From Octopus vulgaris (taxonomy: Eukaryota): 64,000 nt of DNA. Location of the stretch: positions 82,212,001 through 82,276,000 of the forward strand of contig OX597824.1 in the NCBI GenBank assembly GCA_951406725.2. The letters are read 5' to 3'. Below, piece after piece: positions 25,546 through 39,942 of the stretch; the stretch's first letter is position 1; each line of letters begins with the position of its first letter. Position numbers and translations under genes: made by a program. The notes under the pieces are model-generated. The model did not search any database, was not told where the DNA came from, and saw only the letters and a list, made by a program, of their open reading frames with translations.

Positions 25546-26390
25546 TATTAGGGCATCTCATAAATAATGCGATGTTTTCAATTGTATGAACTAAAAGTCG
25601 GAGGGAGACGAGATAAACTACCTGCATCAACTTCCTATAAAAGCAGGTAGTAAATTTACCTTGTCTTTATTCTTAGTGCAAGTTTTGAAGAGTGCAGTTC
25701 GATTATAACAATTATTTTTTTTATAAGTTATAAGGCGCAGGAGTGGCTGTGTGGTAAGTAGCTTGCTTATCAACCACATGGTTCCGAGTTCAGTCCCACT
25801 GCGTGGCATCTTGGGCAAGTGTCTTCTGCTATAGCCCCGGACCGACCAATGCCTTGTGAGTGGATTTGGTAGACGGAAACTGAAAGAAGCCTGTCGTATA
25901 TATGTATATATATAAGTGTGTGTGTATATGTTTGTGTGTCTGTGTTTGTCCCCCTAGCATTGCTTGACAACGGATGCTGGTGTGTTTACGTCCCCTTCAC
26001 TTAGCGGTTCGGCAAAAGAGACCGATACAATAAGTACTGGGCTTACAAAGAATAAGTCCTCGGGGCCGATATGCTCGACTAAAGGCGGTGCTCCAGCATG
26101 GCCACAGTCAAATGACTGAAACAAATAAAAGAGTAAAGAGTAAAGTGACAAAGGAGCATATTTGGCATAATTTGCTTTATGAGTTCAATAAAGGCAACAA
26201 TGCAACGGAAAGTTCGAGGAATATTAATGCAGTATATGGGGATCGGACAGTAAGTGTAAGCCAGTGTCAATGGTGGCTCCAAAAATTCCGAGCCACAAAA
26301 ATACAGCCTGGAATACGAACTTCGTCCTAGAATTCCGTAAAGCACGATGAGGACGTCCTGCAAACTCTGGAGGAACAAAATCCCTACGTT
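25546..26390 (+). mobile_element. Mariner 5' part (TIR, UTR, transposase N-terminus) interrupted by SINE A at 25734-26143
   Basis: After the SINE reads VTKEHIWHNLLYEFNKGNNATESSRNINAVYGDRTVSVSQCQWWLQKFR...DEDVLQTLEEQNP, a mariner HTH region; begins ta|ttagggcatctcataa. Confidence 0.85.
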
Positions 26391-26644
26391 TATATATATA
26401 TATATATATATATACGTTTAAATATTTGTTGTGCAAGATTTTTTATGTGAAGTCGTGTGTTGAAACAGATATTGTTATATTTCGGAATGGTCATATGCGG
26501 TCACAGGAGTGTGACGAAAGAACTTTGGCCGAAATAAGATTAAGATTAATGTAAAAAATAAATATCACTGAAGCAAAATAACACCAAATATATAGTGCGT
26601 GTGTTTTTATTGGCTAAACTGGCAATATGACCATTCCGAAATAT

Positions 26645-26700
<56 letters not shown>

Positions 26701-26741
26701 GTATATATAATCTCTCTCTGTCTCTCTGTCAGATAACCGAG

Positions 26742-26774
<33 letters not shown>

Positions 26775-26872
26775 CATATATATATATATATATAATATAT
26801 TTATAATATATATAATATATATATAATATATATAATATATATATATAATATATATTTAATATATATATAGTG

Positions 26873-27043
26873 AGGGCGCGTGGCTTATATATGATAAGGT
26901 TGTATTCGATATATATCCTAGCAAGACACTTTATTTCACGTTGCTCCAGTCCACTCAGCTGGCAAAAATAGTTGTACTTGTATTTCAAAGGGTCAGCCTT
27001 GTCACTCTCTGTGTCACGCTGATTATCCCGAGAACTACGTTAA
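26873..27043 (+). mobile_element. Chimeric SINE: family D-type body with family B tail
   Basis: agcaagacactttatttcacgttgctccag (as at 50260) joined to gtatttcaaagggtcagccttgtcac (as at 8549). Confidence 0.7.
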
Positions 27044-27105
27044 GTACACACACACCGATACACCGATATGTATATATACACACATATATATATATATATA
27101 TATAT

Positions 27106-27146
<41 letters not shown>

Positions 27147-27180
27147 TTATATACATGTACACACACACACATATATATAT

Positions 27181-27241
<61 letters not shown>

Positions 27242-27758
27242 CATATATACATTGATATGTATGTACATAAATACAGAAACACGTGTGTTTATGTGTATAG
27301 ATATCTTTATAAATGTGTATGTGTGTGTGTGTGTGTGCGCGTGTGTGTAAATATGTATGTATGACCGCACGCACGCATAAATATACGCATGCATATACGA
27401 GTGTATTTAAACATATACATATGTATCTATGTACACACAGCTTAGCAACAGCTGTTCTGTAATAACATAATACGTCGACACGATTTTTCGAAAACGCCAT
27501 GAATTCTCTCACTTGATGGTAACTGTTGAAACAATCACAAGAAATTAATAGAGTAACGATAATAAATACACATTTCGACCATGATTCATCACAAAATGGA
27601 CATGCTCCAACTAATATTAGTCTAGCTCTAACCTCTACTCTCTCTCTCTCTCTCAATGCATTCATTTCAGGTCTGTGTTATGTGCTCCAGTGTCATTATG
27701 AGTCAGCGAAAGACGCGTTAAGCATTTTTGCGGGGTATTTTCATTGTAATACAATATA

Positions 27759-27915
<157 letters not shown>

Positions 27916-28049
27916 ATGTATGTATGTATGTGTGTGTGTGTATATCCAGACAGATAAAAGATAGCGTATAAGTAAACTAGTGATGGTAATGCAGCAAAAA
28001 TGTGTCTAAGATAATAAAAGTGAAATTAGAACATCTTTTACTTCATAGC

Positions 28050-28110
<61 letters not shown>

Positions 28111-28151
28111 TAATAATAATGATAATAATAATAATAATAATAATAGTAGTA

Positions 28152-28209
<58 letters not shown>

Positions 28210-28246
28210 TAATAATAATGATAATAATAATAATAATAATAATAAT

Positions 28247-28315
<69 letters not shown>

Positions 28316-28484
28316 AATGATAATAATAAGTCGCGCACATATGGTTGTGATGCATGTGTCTGGTGTACCCTTATCAGTCGGGTAGTCATGATGGGTATAG
28401 TGGGCTTCGTATATTTTACCCCAGTGTCACTTTGATGACATGCACTGCTTTCTCACTCAACAACAACAATAATAATGATGATGA

Positions 28485-28515
<31 letters not shown>

Positions 28516-28521
28516 AGTGGT

Positions 28522-29720
28522 GATGATTTCATTTATTTGCCACAAGGGATGAGGGGGACAATACAATGACAGACATAAAGTGTGGAGGTTTACATATAAT
28601 GAAATGATGGGGGGTGGGGGGAAGAAAAGAAAAAGAAGCATACAAAGGCCAAAGAAACAAAGTGGCGGGGTGGATGATACAGAAGATACAGAAAGGTCTC
28701 TCAGGATAATCGAGAAACCCCGCTGTCCAAGATTTGCCTGAAGCCCTAGCAGCAAGTGCCCTCTCCAATTACTTCACTCCGTCTCACAGGTCTACACTTG
28801 GAGAGGTAACATCCAAACTTGCCATTTTCTCAGCTGTCACCCACCTTTCAATAAACTCAATCGAGGACAGCACTTCCTTCTCCATTCTCAATTTCCTTTT
28901 CAAGTGCAACTTGAAAAAGTCAATGAGAGCTCTACCAAAGCGGAATGTATCTGTCCTCATGCTTTTCAGCCTTGTCCACCAAACCTCTTTTACCACAGCC
29001 ACCAGGCAAAGGAAAACTGCCTTTCCTGCTCGATTGAAGGAGGACGGTGGAGCGATCATCACTCTAGACTCGGCCGACAGACGGATCCGTCCCACTCGTG
29101 ACAGCAGCTGTCCAACATAACTCCACAAGGGAGCAATGCCAGGACACTGAACGAGGACGTGCAGAATGGTTTCGTCTCTCTGTGCGCACTACGGACAAGC
29201 AAGTCTGACAGCACACTCGTGCCTGTAGAGTGTATTTCGAACCGGTAGGGCCCCACCCTCACTGGTAGCACTGCCAGGCCAAGGACATCTGGAAATTATC
29301 CATGATAGTTCCCGACCGGGAAGTCCTCCGGAACAGACTAAACAGTTCGTTCTCATCGGCGCCCAGAGTCTCCCCGAGAACGTCGCTGCACTTCCCTGCC
29401 ACTGATCCTCTGAAAATTTCTAAAGCGGAGCATCCACTAATCTCATTGCCCGACTGGTTAGGGCTATGAGGGCCTGACAACTTTCTAGGTGCCAGGTCTT
29501 GGTCTTTTCTTCATCAAAGACTGCAGCTCCGTCAAGAAGGCATGCTGCGGAAAGTCGATCCGCACAAACAGAGCTCACACCCGCTCACCGTCGAGAAATC
29601 GTTACAGGTGGCATATCCTAAGAACGTGTCTGCGAATTAGGAACCGCGGCATACCTAATCCGCCACTCAAATCATGCTGGCAACGTCCCTTCCACAAGAA
29701 TTTAAATAAGAGACGATCCA
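28522..29720 (-). mobile_element. Tx1/L1-clade LINE, 5'-truncated ORF2 C-terminus and 3' UTR (pseudogenised)
   Basis: Minus strand FLWKG...GGLGMP...LWSYVGQLLSRVGRIRLSAES...VWWTRLK...FFKLHLKRKLRMEKE; ends cccttgtggcaaataaatga; homologous to 60491-61300. Confidence 0.85.
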
Positions 29721-29749
29721 ACCTAGTCAAAGAGTACTCGAATAATAAT

Positions 29750-29930
29750 GACTTCAAATTTTTCCACAAGGGCAGCAATTTAAAAAAAGGGTGCTAGTCG
29801 GTTACATTGACCCCAGTGTAGAACTGATATCTATTTTATCGGCCCTGAAAGGATGAAAGGCAAAGTCAACCTCAAAGAAATTTGAACGCAAAGACGGACG
29901 AAATGCCACAAAGCATTTTGCCCGGCGTGC
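29750..29930 (-). mobile_element. Diverged SINE family C copy
   Basis: gaccccagtg...gaaaggatgaaaggcaaagtcaacctc...cccggcgtgcta. Confidence 0.75.
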
Positions 29931-30511
29931 TATGATGATGAGGATGATGATGATGATTTTGATGATGATAATGATGATGATTTTGATGATGATGATGAAG
30001 ATGATGGTGATGACGATGATTATGATGATGACGATGATTATGATGATGACGACGACGGCGACGACGATGATGATGATGATGATGATGACGACGATTATGA
30101 TGACGATGATGATGATGATGATGATGATGATGAATATTTATACGGAAGTCATATGCGGTATGTGTATTGACATACATTTAGTAAGTTTATTAATATATTA
30201 ATCAGCCTGTGATAAACCATGCAGACTTTAGCAGCCAAGAATCTTATAATCGTACTAGTTTCATTTCTCCCCAATGTGTCGCAAGAGATAGCTTACTTTA
30301 TCTATTAACTGACAACCTTAAGTAGACTGCATCATCTTCATGAAAAAAAAACAAAGAAAAACATACAAAGATAAAGCGTGTTATCGATTTTGCATTGAAA
30401 CCTACGTTCTAAATCCGCTGCGTGAATATTACTGTTTAGGAAAATGAGAATTATGCTTGAGAAAAATGAGAAAACGAGTACCGTTGTTTCCAACTTCTGT
30501 TTTTAAAATTT

Positions 30512-30890
30512 AAGCTCTTCACTTCCTATGGAGTAGAAGCCATCGACGACTTTTCTCCACTGTTCTCGACATTGTAGTCTTTCCAGTTTCTTTCTTATTG
30601 GATCCCTGTTTTTTCTTCTGCTCTGCGCCCTTGGAACTTCCTTTCGGATTTTGCTGCTCGCATCATGTGTTTACTTGTGTGAAGGCCACCCTCGGTCTTG
30701 GTTTTGAATTGTAATCTATGCTCCTGTAACTTTTCTTTATTCTTGTTTTGGTTATTAGCCCTACGCAAACACATTTCTACGTCTGAGAACTATTCCGTAT
30801 TAGTCTGGCCGCCATGCTTTTACCTGTCCAATTTGGAAGGCCTTACCAGGAACTTGCGCTCTGCTAGTATAGCATTCAGAGTCATCCAGC
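30512..30890 (-). mobile_element. Degraded RTE-like LINE remnant
   Basis: Minus strand ends REQWRKVVDGFYSIGSEEL, like RTE C-termini; upstream part resembles RTE 5' UTRs. Confidence 0.5.
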
Positions 30891-31211
30891 AGTGTTTTAT
30901 CAAATTCATTACATCCTGAGTTCAAATTCCACGGTGTTCGACTTAGTTTTTCTTCGTTTAGGGAGCCGCTAGAGTAAGTACCAGTTCAGCACTAGTGTCG
31001 ATAGATGAGGAGCGTGGAAGCCTATACTCGCGACCCCAGTCCTGACCTGGTACTTGCCCTCAACGAAGAAAAGCCAAGTCGGAGTCGGTGGAATTTGAAC
31101 TCTGAATGTAATTAATTAGAAGAAATACCACTGAGTGTTTTGTCTGACGCTTTGACGCTCTAACGATTCTGCCAGCGAGAAAAGAGAAAGAGAGAGAAAC
31201 AGAGATATAAG

Positions 31212-31260
<49 letters not shown>

Positions 31261-31491
31261 TAGAGACAGAGACAGAGACAGGGACAGAGAAAGAGTGAGA
31301 GACAGATGGAGAGACAGTGAGATAGACTGACAGACAGGGGGAGAGAGAGAGAAAACAGATTGAGGGGAGCGAAAGATGGGTAGATTTATATATGCATATA
31401 TGTACACACACACACACACACACACACAGAGGCACATACACATGCACAGGTACGCACACACACACACACACACGCACGTACTCACTGGCAC

Positions 31492-31526
<35 letters not shown>

Positions 31527-31827
31527 GAGGTACACACACACAGACACACACACACACACATGCAATTAACATACACAGAAGCGACTTTATAGGACCTCAA
31601 TTGCGAAGATGAGTAATTATCCTAGAAATAGTTGCATAAATAAGTATATACGTGTTTGTGTGTGTGTATGTGTGAATGTGTGTGTGTGTACAAAACGCAC
31701 ACATTCATACGCTGACAGAGGCATATATATATATGTATATATATATATATTTATGTTTTTATAATTACATACGTATATACATGTGCATATTTGGAGATCT
31801 ATCTATCCTCTCTATCTATCTATCTAC

Positions 31828-32060
<233 letters not shown>

Positions 32061-32101
32061 TATATATATATTCATATACATATATGTATAGATGAGTATA
32101 C

Positions 32102-32146
<45 letters not shown>

Positions 32147-32266
32147 ATATATTCATATACATACATAGAAAATTATATTCCTATACATACACACATATAT
32201 AACTATATATGTGTGTATGTATATATATATATATATGTGCAAGTGTATATAACCATATATATGTGT

Positions 32267-32313
<47 letters not shown>

Positions 32314-32568
32314 GACATGCGTAAAGGGTGGAGGCTTGTATAAACAGACGATCGGAAAGCTGATATCTGATGAACACTGACAACAGACCATCAGTTGTCG
32401 AAATCACCCAAGTGTGCATAATAGGTTACACACTATACCCCCGTTAGTCATATGAGCTGGAAAAATCCCGGGTACCCACCGTTCACCCGTCACCTCTATT
32501 CAAAAATTTGTCGCTTCTAAAAAGGATATATATCTCTTAATTAATCTAAATATCCTGATTACTCAAAC

Positions 32569-32611
<43 letters not shown>

Positions 32612-32833
32612 ACAGAGAAGTATGATCTATAAAATGGTGGTGTTGAAATGCGTATGAATGTGTGTGTGTGTGTGTGTGTGTATGTGTGCGAGTGTGTATG
32701 TGCATGTGTATGTGTGTAAGTGTGTGTATGTATGTACGTATGCATGTAGATTTCTGTATTTATCTATCAACATATACATACACGATTTCGCATATCTGTG
32801 TGAATATATTTGTGTGTGTGCATTTTGCATGTA

Positions 32834-32887
<54 letters not shown>

Positions 32888-33537
32888 TATGTATACGCAT
32901 GTATGTATGCATACGTTCTACATTTATGCATATGTATATATATATATATATATGTGTTAAATTAGAGATAAAACCACAATTAGGCAAATCATAAAATGAA
33001 AAACTTAAGCCAATGCATAAGATTAATTAATTTATATTATTTTAAATATATATCAAAATTATTAAAAAAAGATAATTAGTATAACACTACGATCGTTTCA
33101 TATATATATTTACATATATATATATATATATACATGTGACTAAATTTCTGTTACGTTTTTGGTCCCCTAAAGAAAACGGATAGAACATGCTTTCTGTGTT
33201 ATGTCCCAAGAAGATTTTATATATTTTTATATATTTTTATATATTTTTATGTATTTTTATATAATTTTTATGACGAAAAATGCGAGCGATGTATAAGTAC
33301 GCAGGCAAAGCAGAGTTATAACAGAGTAATTTTCCCTTCATTTTTAACGGTATTTTTTCATAACGTTTTCAAATAGCCAGATAACCGAAGAGATGGTGTT
33401 GTGGATTTCCACTTCGGCATCTGAAACTCAGAGTTTTATATTGACTACCGAGTAATGTAACATATTGTATAGATAGATTTCCTCTATTTACATAATATTG
33501 AGGTCTCTTTCTTTCTTTTGTTATCTTACCGTTTTAT

Positions 33538-33620
<83 letters not shown>

Positions 33621-33625
<5 letters not shown>

Positions 33626-33846
33626 GTAAATATAATATGTGACAATTATTCGGTAGCCATGATAAAACTCGGAGTTTCGGATGTCGGGGCGGAAATCCAG
33701 GCTGCCATCTCTTCAGTTATCCGGCCATCGAAAAAATGAAGGCTAGATAACTGAAGAGATGGCGGCATGGGTTTCCGCCTCGACATCCGAAACTCGGAGT
33801 TTTATCATGGCTACCGAACAATTGTCACATATTATATTTACAGATA
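33621..33846. mobile_element. Palindromic Penelope-like module (~105-bp arms) with a hammerhead motif in each arm
   Basis: Plus arm: gataa CTGAAGA gatg...catc c GAAA ctcgga GTT ttatc (33746-33806); mirrored on minus; third degenerate copy at 33378-33535. Confidence 0.75.
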
Positions 33847-34345
33847 AATTCCTTTATTTACTTAATATCGAGGTCTCTTTCATTCTTTTGTTGTCTTACC
33901 ATTTCTATAAATATATATATATATAAAATTAGAAAAAAACCCACCTTTTATCAATTCAAAATGAACAATTAAATTACACCATCTAGAAAATTACATATAA
34001 TAGAAATATTAAAATTAAAATAACAATAAAATGTCAATGATTAAGTAAATTGCAAAAAGATAATAAAAACGTATCTAATTGGTATATATGTGATGTGTGT
34101 ATAAATTAAACAATAATGCTTTAGGAGAAATAACTCGAGTAGGTAATGGCATGTATTTGAAGAACATAGACAAATACAGGTATAACAAATACCTTACAAA
34201 ATATATTCTTGACGCACTAAAGTAATCTCCGCCTCTAGATGTGCCCAAAATCGCAACTAAGGCCAACTCCGCTTGAAAAGTGGATTCACAAACAAACACA
34301 CACGTATTCTCTCTTTCCCTCACTGTCTCTTTCTCTCCCATTCCC

Positions 34346-34376
<31 letters not shown>

Positions 34377-35030
34377 TTCTCTCACCCATACACAGACCCA
34401 CACCAGCACTCACATATATAATGTAGTAAATAAAAGAATCTGTAAAGAATAGACGCTGACAATAGTCTGGTTTTTATTAAAGGGGTAATCCGTGACAAAC
34501 GGTCTATTTGTTTCGCATGCATCAAGCTAACAGCAAAACAAATCGGTGATATGTCACGGATCACTTTCTTCAAATAAATATTATACGTTTATATGTGTGT
34601 AGCAATATCAGTATAGCATTCTATGAAATCAATTGGTGCAAGCGAACTTAAATATCGAGGTAAATAAAAATATTGTATTAAATATTCATGTATAATACGC
34701 ATTTGTGTACGCGGCGCTCCACTAATTACGGGCAGCGAAATCTAGGAAAAATATCTCACGTGTTTAATACGTATTATAGATGAGTGCTGAAATAATTGAA
34801 GTACTGGTTATACGTACATACGTAATACATACATGTATGCATATAAATATACTTGTAGGCATACACATAAAAGGTTATGTGTATAAACTTTTGTATATCT
34901 GTCTACCTATCTATCTATCTGTCTATTTATCTATCTATTTATCTATATGTATTTATGTATGTATGTATGTATGTATGTATGTATGTATGTATGTGTGGTA
35001 TGCGCATGTATGTATGTATGTACGTATGTG

Positions 35031-35302
35031 TGGAGGCGCATAGCCTAGTGGTTAGAATCAACGGACACGCGGTCGATGTGCGTGTTTATGAGCGAAACAC
35101 CTAAGCTCCACGCGTCTCCGGCAGAAGGTAATGGCGAACTTCTGCTGGCTCTTTCGCCATAACTTTCTCTCACTCTTTCCTCCTGCATCTTGCAGCTCAC
35201 CTGTGACGGACCGGCGTCCCGTCCAGGTGGGGAACCTATACGCCAAGGAAACCGGGAAACCGGCCCTTATGAGCCAGGTATGGCTCGAGAAGGAACAAAC
35301 AA
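35031..35302 (+). mobile_element. SINE related to family B with a third tail type
   Basis: tggaggcgcatagcctagtggttag...gagcgaaacacctaagctccacg shared with B; distinct 3' end ...tggctcgagaaggaacaaacaa. Confidence 0.75.
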
Positions 35303-36865
35303 ATGTATGCACTGGGACTGAATCCAGGACCATGTGGTTGGGAAACAAGCTTCTTATCATACAGCCACACCTGTGCCTGTATGTATACCTAGACACAAAC
35401 TTGAACAAAGTCTTGTAGTAGCTCTACACGGCCTCTGTTCAAGCTGTGACCATCCTTTCATGTAAGAGGTATTTTAGGCTGTATTCAATGCGCATTCTTT
35501 CGTTTTTCTATTTTTTTAACGATGACAGTGTGTGATTTGAATATAAGATATAATATACCTGGGTAAAAAGCATTACATAAACGTCACGGCTGAGGTACTT
35601 TTCAATATAGGCGGTGAGCTACCAGAATCGTTAGCACGCCGGACGAAATGCTTAGCGATAAGTCGTCCGTCCTTATGTTCTGAATTCAAATTTCCAACGA
35701 GGTAGACTTTATTTTTTCATCCTTTCGGGCGTCTATAAAATAAGTACCAGTTGAGCACTGGGGTCGACGTAATTGACTTACATATTCCTCGCTAGCCACT
35801 ACACATTCTTATTTTCTCTCCTTGCTTCTGTGTTCCTTTCTGTGGACGAGCGTAGGCTCGAAATATTAAAGACTTTTTCACTCCCCGAGCGTTATACTAA
35901 TATATGTGTTTGTTGTCTACACCACCTGTCTTCGTCTTGTTTTTTTTTTTGTGAATTCTTCCCCAATAAAAAGCTGCACCCCTCTACCAAGCCAAGTTAG
36001 ATCAGGGTGATAGAGTAGGCTCATCAAACCAGTATGATCTCAGGTTCAAATCCACGACCTCCACATCAGACTGTTTGGTGGAGACAACATGCTGAGGCTT
36101 TCGCCCTGCAGTGTACTGAACTTAGGCGATCCTGAATAGTCTTGGGTGTGGCTTGTGCGAGATTTTCTTCATATTTCCAGAGACTACATAAAGGACCTCT
36201 CTTTTTCTTTACGTCAAATCATCTTTTACATCACTTCTAAAAATACATTTTTTAGCGAACTATAGAGGGGATCCTCAACGTGGTTGCTCTACCCGTTAGA
36301 TATAAAAACCGTAATTCCCTCATATTACACTTGACTGTTAACAGTAGGGATGGGGTGAATCTTTGTCTGGTGCATCTTATTTTGGACGTTTCTAGGCAAA
36401 AGCATGTGATAAAACGGTGGCGACTACAAAGACCCTTCACCTTTTATCAACTCCATGTGGCCTGGGTTGGAGCTAATAAAATCAAAACACCATATGCGGC
36501 TGCATATGTGTGTATATGTATATGACGGTGTATGTATGTGTTTCTGTGTGTATGCGTGTATTAATATGTGTGTTGCTTCGGTGAGGCTGTGAATATGTAT
36601 GTGTGTGCGTGTATGTGTATATGTTTTTGTGCATGCATGTGTATGTTTCTGATTGCACAGCGTGTGTACTGTTAGAAATAGGGGACCTAGAAGCGTGGAG
36701 AAGTGGGCGGTTCGCCTGGTGATACTTTTATGGGGCTACAGCGTTAGGTCTACAGCATAAGCCAAGACAGCCTTATACCCCAATGGGGTATAAGGCTGTA
36801 TAGAGCTGCCCCTGTTAGGGGTGGAGATAAAGCAGAGGGCTGTCCCGGGTGGATAACACTAGATG

Positions 36866-37248
36866 GGAAGCACCCCGTCGGTTACGACGATGAGGGTTCC
36901 GGTTGATCCGATCAACGGAACAGCCTGCTCGTGAAATTAACGTGTAAGTGGCTGAGCATTCCACAGACACGTGTACCCTTAACGTAGTTCTCGGAGATAT
37001 TCAGCGTGACACAGAGAGTGACAAGGCCGGCCCTTTGAAATACAGGTACAACAGAAACAGGAAGTAAGAGTGAGAGAAAGTTGTGGTGAAAGAGTACAGC
37101 AGAGATCACCACCATCCCCTGCCGGAGCCTCGTGGAGCTTTAGGTGTTTTCGCTCAATAAACACTCACAACGCCCGGTCTGGGAATCGAAACCGCGATCC
37201 TATGACCGCGAGTCTGCTGCCCTAACCACTGGGCCATTGCGCCTCCAC
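36866..37248 (-). mobile_element. SINE family B, full length with 10-bp TSD
   Basis: ataacactag at 36853-36862 and 37249-37258. Confidence 0.93.
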
Positions 37249-37806
37249 ATAACACTAGCTACACCACTGATCATTCGCCAATATATCGGCCACTTATTTA
37301 AACAATAATGGGAAAACCAGAAAATCAATGCTTTTCGAAATTAATCATGTCCTTGATTTGGTCTACCTCTTGTAACAGACATTCCATCGTCACTGACACC
37401 ATTAGAAACGGTGTGAACCAAAGATTGGTCCATTGGAACCCTGAAATAAACGAAGCTATAGTTCATCAATCGTAAGGTGAGATTATTTAAAGAGAGCTTA
37501 AGAGGTTTGCCATGCAATTTACGAGGTCCTGAGGTCGGCCGCATTGCAGGTCACCTTTGGCAAATGTCTTCCACTATACACTGTCCAATGCTTTGTGAGT
37601 GAAGTTGGTAAACGGAAACTGCTTGGAATAGCATCGTGTAAAAATGTGTGGGTGTGCATATTTGTATGTATATGTATGTATGTATATGTATGTATGTATG
37701 TATGTATGTATGCATGTATGTATGTATGTATGTATGTATGTATGTATGCATGTATGTATGTATGTATGTATGTATTGTATGTATGTATGTATGTATATGT
37801 GTGTGC

Positions 37807-37837
<31 letters not shown>

Positions 37838-37844
37838 CATTATT

Positions 37845-38064
37845 TACATTATTTACATTTGACGGATATTTGTCCTCATCTTGTTTGTTGTTAACACAAC
37901 GTTTCGGCTGATATACCCTCCAGCCTTCTTCAGGTGTCTTGGGGGAAATTTCGAACCTGGGTTCTCATTCCAAGACACTTGATGAAGGTTGGAGGGTATA
38001 TCAGCCGAAACGTTGCGTTAACGACAAACAAGATGACAAATATCCGTCAAATATAAATAATGTA
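37845..38064. mobile_element. Palindromic Penelope-like module (~95-bp arms) with a minimal hammerhead in each arm
   Basis: Minus 37893-37938: gacac CTGAAGA aggctg...cagcc GAAAC GTT gtgtt; plus copy 37974-38019 has a C>T change in the core. Confidence 0.78.
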
Positions 38065-38123
38065 CGTAATTCCTCATCTGTTAAATATAGAACTGTAATA
38101 TATATACATATATATATATATAC

Positions 38124-38184
<61 letters not shown>

Positions 38185-38829
38185 TATATGTTTGTGTGTG
38201 TGTGTATAGAAAGACAGACAAACACACACACACATATGTCTATGCTTGTCTTCGTCTCTGTGTCTGTCGCCCACCCCAGCCGCTTGACAACCGGTGTTGG
38301 TCTGTTTACGTTCTCTATAATTCAAACCGATTCAACAAAAGAGACTAATAGAATACGTACCATAGCTTTTGCTTTTATATTGAATAAAAAAAAACAATTT
38401 AAAAAAATACAAAAATATACATATATATATTGGAGTCGATTTGTTCGACTAAAACACTTACAGGCGGTGCCCCCCAACGTGGCCGCAGTCCAATGACTGA
38501 GAAACAAATCTAAAAGATCAAAAGGCAAAAGGCATAAAACTGAAATACTTCAGCCTTACATTCTAACCGTTTTTTTTTACTTTTGTACGTAAACAAAACA
38601 CTCATCCTGTTTGCTGTACTGTTCTGTTCATTCAGCATCGATGAACCGAGTCAACACGTGCGTGTCATAACAGTTGGTTAGAACTATATTAGGGAGAGAG
38701 AAAAAAAAAATGAAAATACAGTCATTCACAAGGCTTGTAATCATCTGACATATAAACCGTTTTATTGTTGTCTGGAATACGACAAAAGAGTTTTGTTAGA
38801 ATTTTTGGTCCGTTTGGTGTTTTTTTTTG

Positions 38830-38883
<54 letters not shown>

Positions 38884-39010
38884 ATGTATAGATATAGATA
38901 TAGATATAGATATAGATATAGATATATATATAGATATATAGTTTATGGGGTGAGAGTTATACAGTTCCACGGTCTGCTGGAAATGGTAAAAAAAATAAAT
39001 AAGGTCAAAA

Positions 39011-39062
<52 letters not shown>

Positions 39063-39124
39063 CAGACGCATATATATATATATATAATAAATATAGACAG
39101 AGACAGACAGAGTGTATGTGTGTG

Positions 39125-39160
<36 letters not shown>

Positions 39161-39403
39161 CATACATATTTATATAATATATACATATATCGGTACTCCA
39201 GCATGGCCGCAGTCAAATGACTGAAACAAGTAAGAGAATAAAAGAATATATATATATATGTATGTATGTATTATATAACATATATGCATATATACATAAA
39301 TCATTTTCAATGGGACTTCCAAGTTTGGTCTTATCGGCTTGTCCAACTACGTACGTACATCTTACATGTATTTTTACTCAGCCATACATTATAGGTATAT
39401 ATC

Positions 39404-39890
39404 CAGTGCCGGATTAAGACCCGTAGAGGCCCTAAGCACTTAAAAGGTTTTGTTGGCCTCAAGTATATTTAAATGGTTCAAAATGTAAACAAAATTAACT
39501 CAAAGTGTAAACGATAATAAACCATAAAATAAATTTTTATTTTTCAAAATGAAACAAAATTCACAGTAAGATGGAGAACAATGTTTATTTTTGTACACTT
39601 CCATTCTATTTACATTTGAGAAGTTTTCTCCTTCGCTTTTTTTAAATTGCAAAATCTTCAATATCATTAAAATTAATTTTACGTAAAACTTCTGCTTCTA
39701 TACTTAGTAGAGATAAGGCATTACGAATATTATTTTAGCAAGTATAAAGTGATTTCTTTCGTGCCATAAACCATTTTCATTTCTCTGGTGCCCCCGTCCC
39801 TTGATGCCCTAAGTATATGCTTATATTGCTTAATAGAGTAAAAGAGTAAGAGAGAGTAAAGAGTAAGAATAATTGGTTAATCCAGCACTG
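39404..39890 (-). mobile_element. Non-autonomous hAT element retaining the transposase dimerisation-domain tail
   Basis: TIRs cagtgccggattaa / ttaatccagcactg; 8-bp flanks tatatatc / tatatatg; minus strand NALSLLSIEAEVLRKINFNDIEDFAI*KKRRRK. Confidence 0.82.
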
Positions 39891-39942
39891 TATATATGTT
39901 AGCATATCTGCGTGTGTGATAATTGTTTCGGAGTCGATATAT

